Source: an uncultured Solirubrobacterales bacterium
GTDB lineage: Bacteria; Actinomycetota; Thermoleophilia; Solirubrobacterales; Solirubrobacteraceae
Reading direction: 5' to 3'
DNA length: 64,000 bases
Assembly (NCBI GenBank): GCA_963850335.1
Contig: CAWKKY010000008.1
Coordinates: 28,077-92,076 of the forward strand
Position numbers and translations under genes: made by a program. The number at the start of each line of letters is the position of its first letter. Position 1 is the stretch's first letter. This document shows, in pieces, positions 62,823 to 64,000 of this stretch. Below the pieces are notes generated by a model, which saw only the letters and a list, made by a program, of their open reading frames with translations, searched no databases and had not been told where the DNA came from.

Positions 62823-64000
62823 TGTCAGTCGATACAGCTCCTGGGAGCACGCCGTCCGAGCGCCGCGCGATCTCGCTGTTCCGGCGAGACATCGTCAACC
62901 GCGCTGTGGTGGACAGCTTCATCAAACTCGATCCGCGGGTGCAGATCCGTAACCCGGTGATGTTCGTCGTCGAGATCGGCGCCCTCATCACCACCGCCAC
63001 CTGGCTCATCCAGGTGTTCGGCGGCACGCCGCTTGGCGGCGGCAACGAGCCGGCCTGGTACACGTTCGTCATCTCGGTGTGGCTGTGGCTCACGGTTGTG
63101 TTCGCCAACCTCGCCGAGGCGTTCGCCGAGGGGCGGGGCCGAGCCCAGGCCGACACGCTGCGATCGATGCGCCAAGAGACCGTCGCGACGCTCCGTGACG
63201 GCACTTCGAAGAAGGCCAACGAGCTCATCAAGGGCGACGTCGTCGTTGTTGATGCCGGCGACCTGATCCCGGGCGACGGCACCGTGATCGAAGGGATCGC
63301 GTCGGTCGACGAATCCGCCATCACCGGCGAGTCGGCGCCCGTCATCCGTGAGTCCGGCGGTGACCGGAGCGCAGTGACGGGCGGCACCCGCGTGCTGTCG
63401 GACCAGATCGTCGTCGAGATCACGCAGGAGCCCGGGCAGTCGTTCCTCGATCGAATGATCGCCCTCGTCGAGGGCGCATCCCGGCGCAAGACGCCGAACG
63501 AGATTGCGCTCGGCATCCTGCTCGCCGGCCTCACCCTCGTGTTCGTGATCGTCGTCGTCACGCTGCGGCCGTTCGGTCTGTTCGCCGACACGCCGATCTC
63601 CGAAACGACGCTCATCTCGCTGCTCGTCGCGCTCATTCCGACGACGATCGGCGCGCTGCTGTCCGCGATCGGCATCGCCGGCATGGACCGGCTCGTGCGC
63701 CGTAACGTGCTCGCCCTCTCCGGGCGCGCAGTCGAGGCGTCCGGTGACGTCGACGTGCTGCTCCTGGACAAGACGGGGACGATCACGATCGGGAACCGGC
63801 TCGCGAGCGAGTTCATCCCGATGCCGGGCGTGACCGAGGCGGAGCTCGCTGAGGTGGCGCAGCTTGCCTCGCTCGCCGACGAGACGCCGGAGGGCCGCTC
63901 GATCGTCGTGCTCGCCAAGCAGTACGGAATCCGCGAGCACGACATGGGCAGCCTCAAGGCCAAGTTCGTGCCGTTCACGGCCCAGACCCGGATGAGCGGC
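62822..64000 (+). CDS. kdpB: K+-transporting ATPase subunit B, partial (runs off the window)
   Basis: Not in the ORF track (no stop). ATG 62822 overlaps the kdp[41 protein letters not shown]. Confidence 0.97.
   Translation, partial: MSVDTAPGSTPSERRAISLFRRDIVNRAVVDSFIKLDPRVQIRNPVMFVVEIGALITTATWLIQVFGGTPLGGGNEPAWYTFVISVWLWLTVVFANLAEAFAEGRGRAQADTLRSMRQETVATLRDGTSKKANELIKGDVVVVDAGDLIPGDGTVIEGIASVDESAITGESAPVIRESGGDRSAVTGGTRVLSDQIVVEITQEPGQSFLDRMIALVEGASRRKTPNEIALGILLAGLTLVFVIVVVTLRPFGLFADTPISETTLISLLVALIPTTIGALLSAIGIAGMDRLVRRNVLALSGRAVEASGDVDVLLLDKTGTITIGNRLASEFIPMPGVTEAELAEVAQLASLADETPEGRSIVVLAKQYGIREHDMGSLKAKFVPFTAQTRMSG

Noticed and set aside
56150-63978. Long minus-strand ORFs 56150..57367, 61078..62154 and 62797..63978
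   Set aside because: Reverse-frame shadows of EAL-HDOD, kdpA and kdpB.
1-64000. tRNA, rRNA, integrase or prophage genes
   Set aside because: No T-loop/cloverleaf signatures, rRNA-like tracts or recombinase motifs noticed. Almost all sequence is accounted for by protein-coding genes.

Overview
Very GC-rich 64 kb chromosomal window. Gene content and codon style suggest an actinobacterium, probably Thermoleophilia/Solirubrobacterales (inference). It is mostly accessory metabolism, transport and signalling: MFS/MarR/TetR modules, an NCS2 permease, two S53 peptidases, two LLM/F420 oxidoreductases, three c-di-GMP genes, a ligase-only LigD, an AlkZ-like glycosylase, an SF2 helicase, and a kdp locus running off the right edge. 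I found no rRNA, tRNA, CRISPR array, transposase or integrase. The most interesting candidates are: (1) a Cry34/aegerolysin-like gene heading a same-strand run with two translationally coupled single-domain arrestin/SpoOM-like genes, one membrane-anchored; (2) a ~1250-aa secreted protein with a clan-CD (caspase/legumain-like) domain lacking its His/Cys dyad, followed by VCBS/cadherin-like repeats that include an identical 387-bp duplication and a 1-nt frameshift; (3) a kdp locus in kdpF-A-C-B order with two leader membrane peptides, a KdpD lacking its N-terminal domain, a collapsed kdpE paralogue and a duplicated direct-repeat operator; (4) a cluster of internally deleted genes (MFS, amidohydrolase, cysteine dioxygenase, kdpE copy, MCP, possibly a TetR), reflecting either deletional erosion or assembly artefacts. 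All family assignments come from motif recognition by eye; no database search was run.
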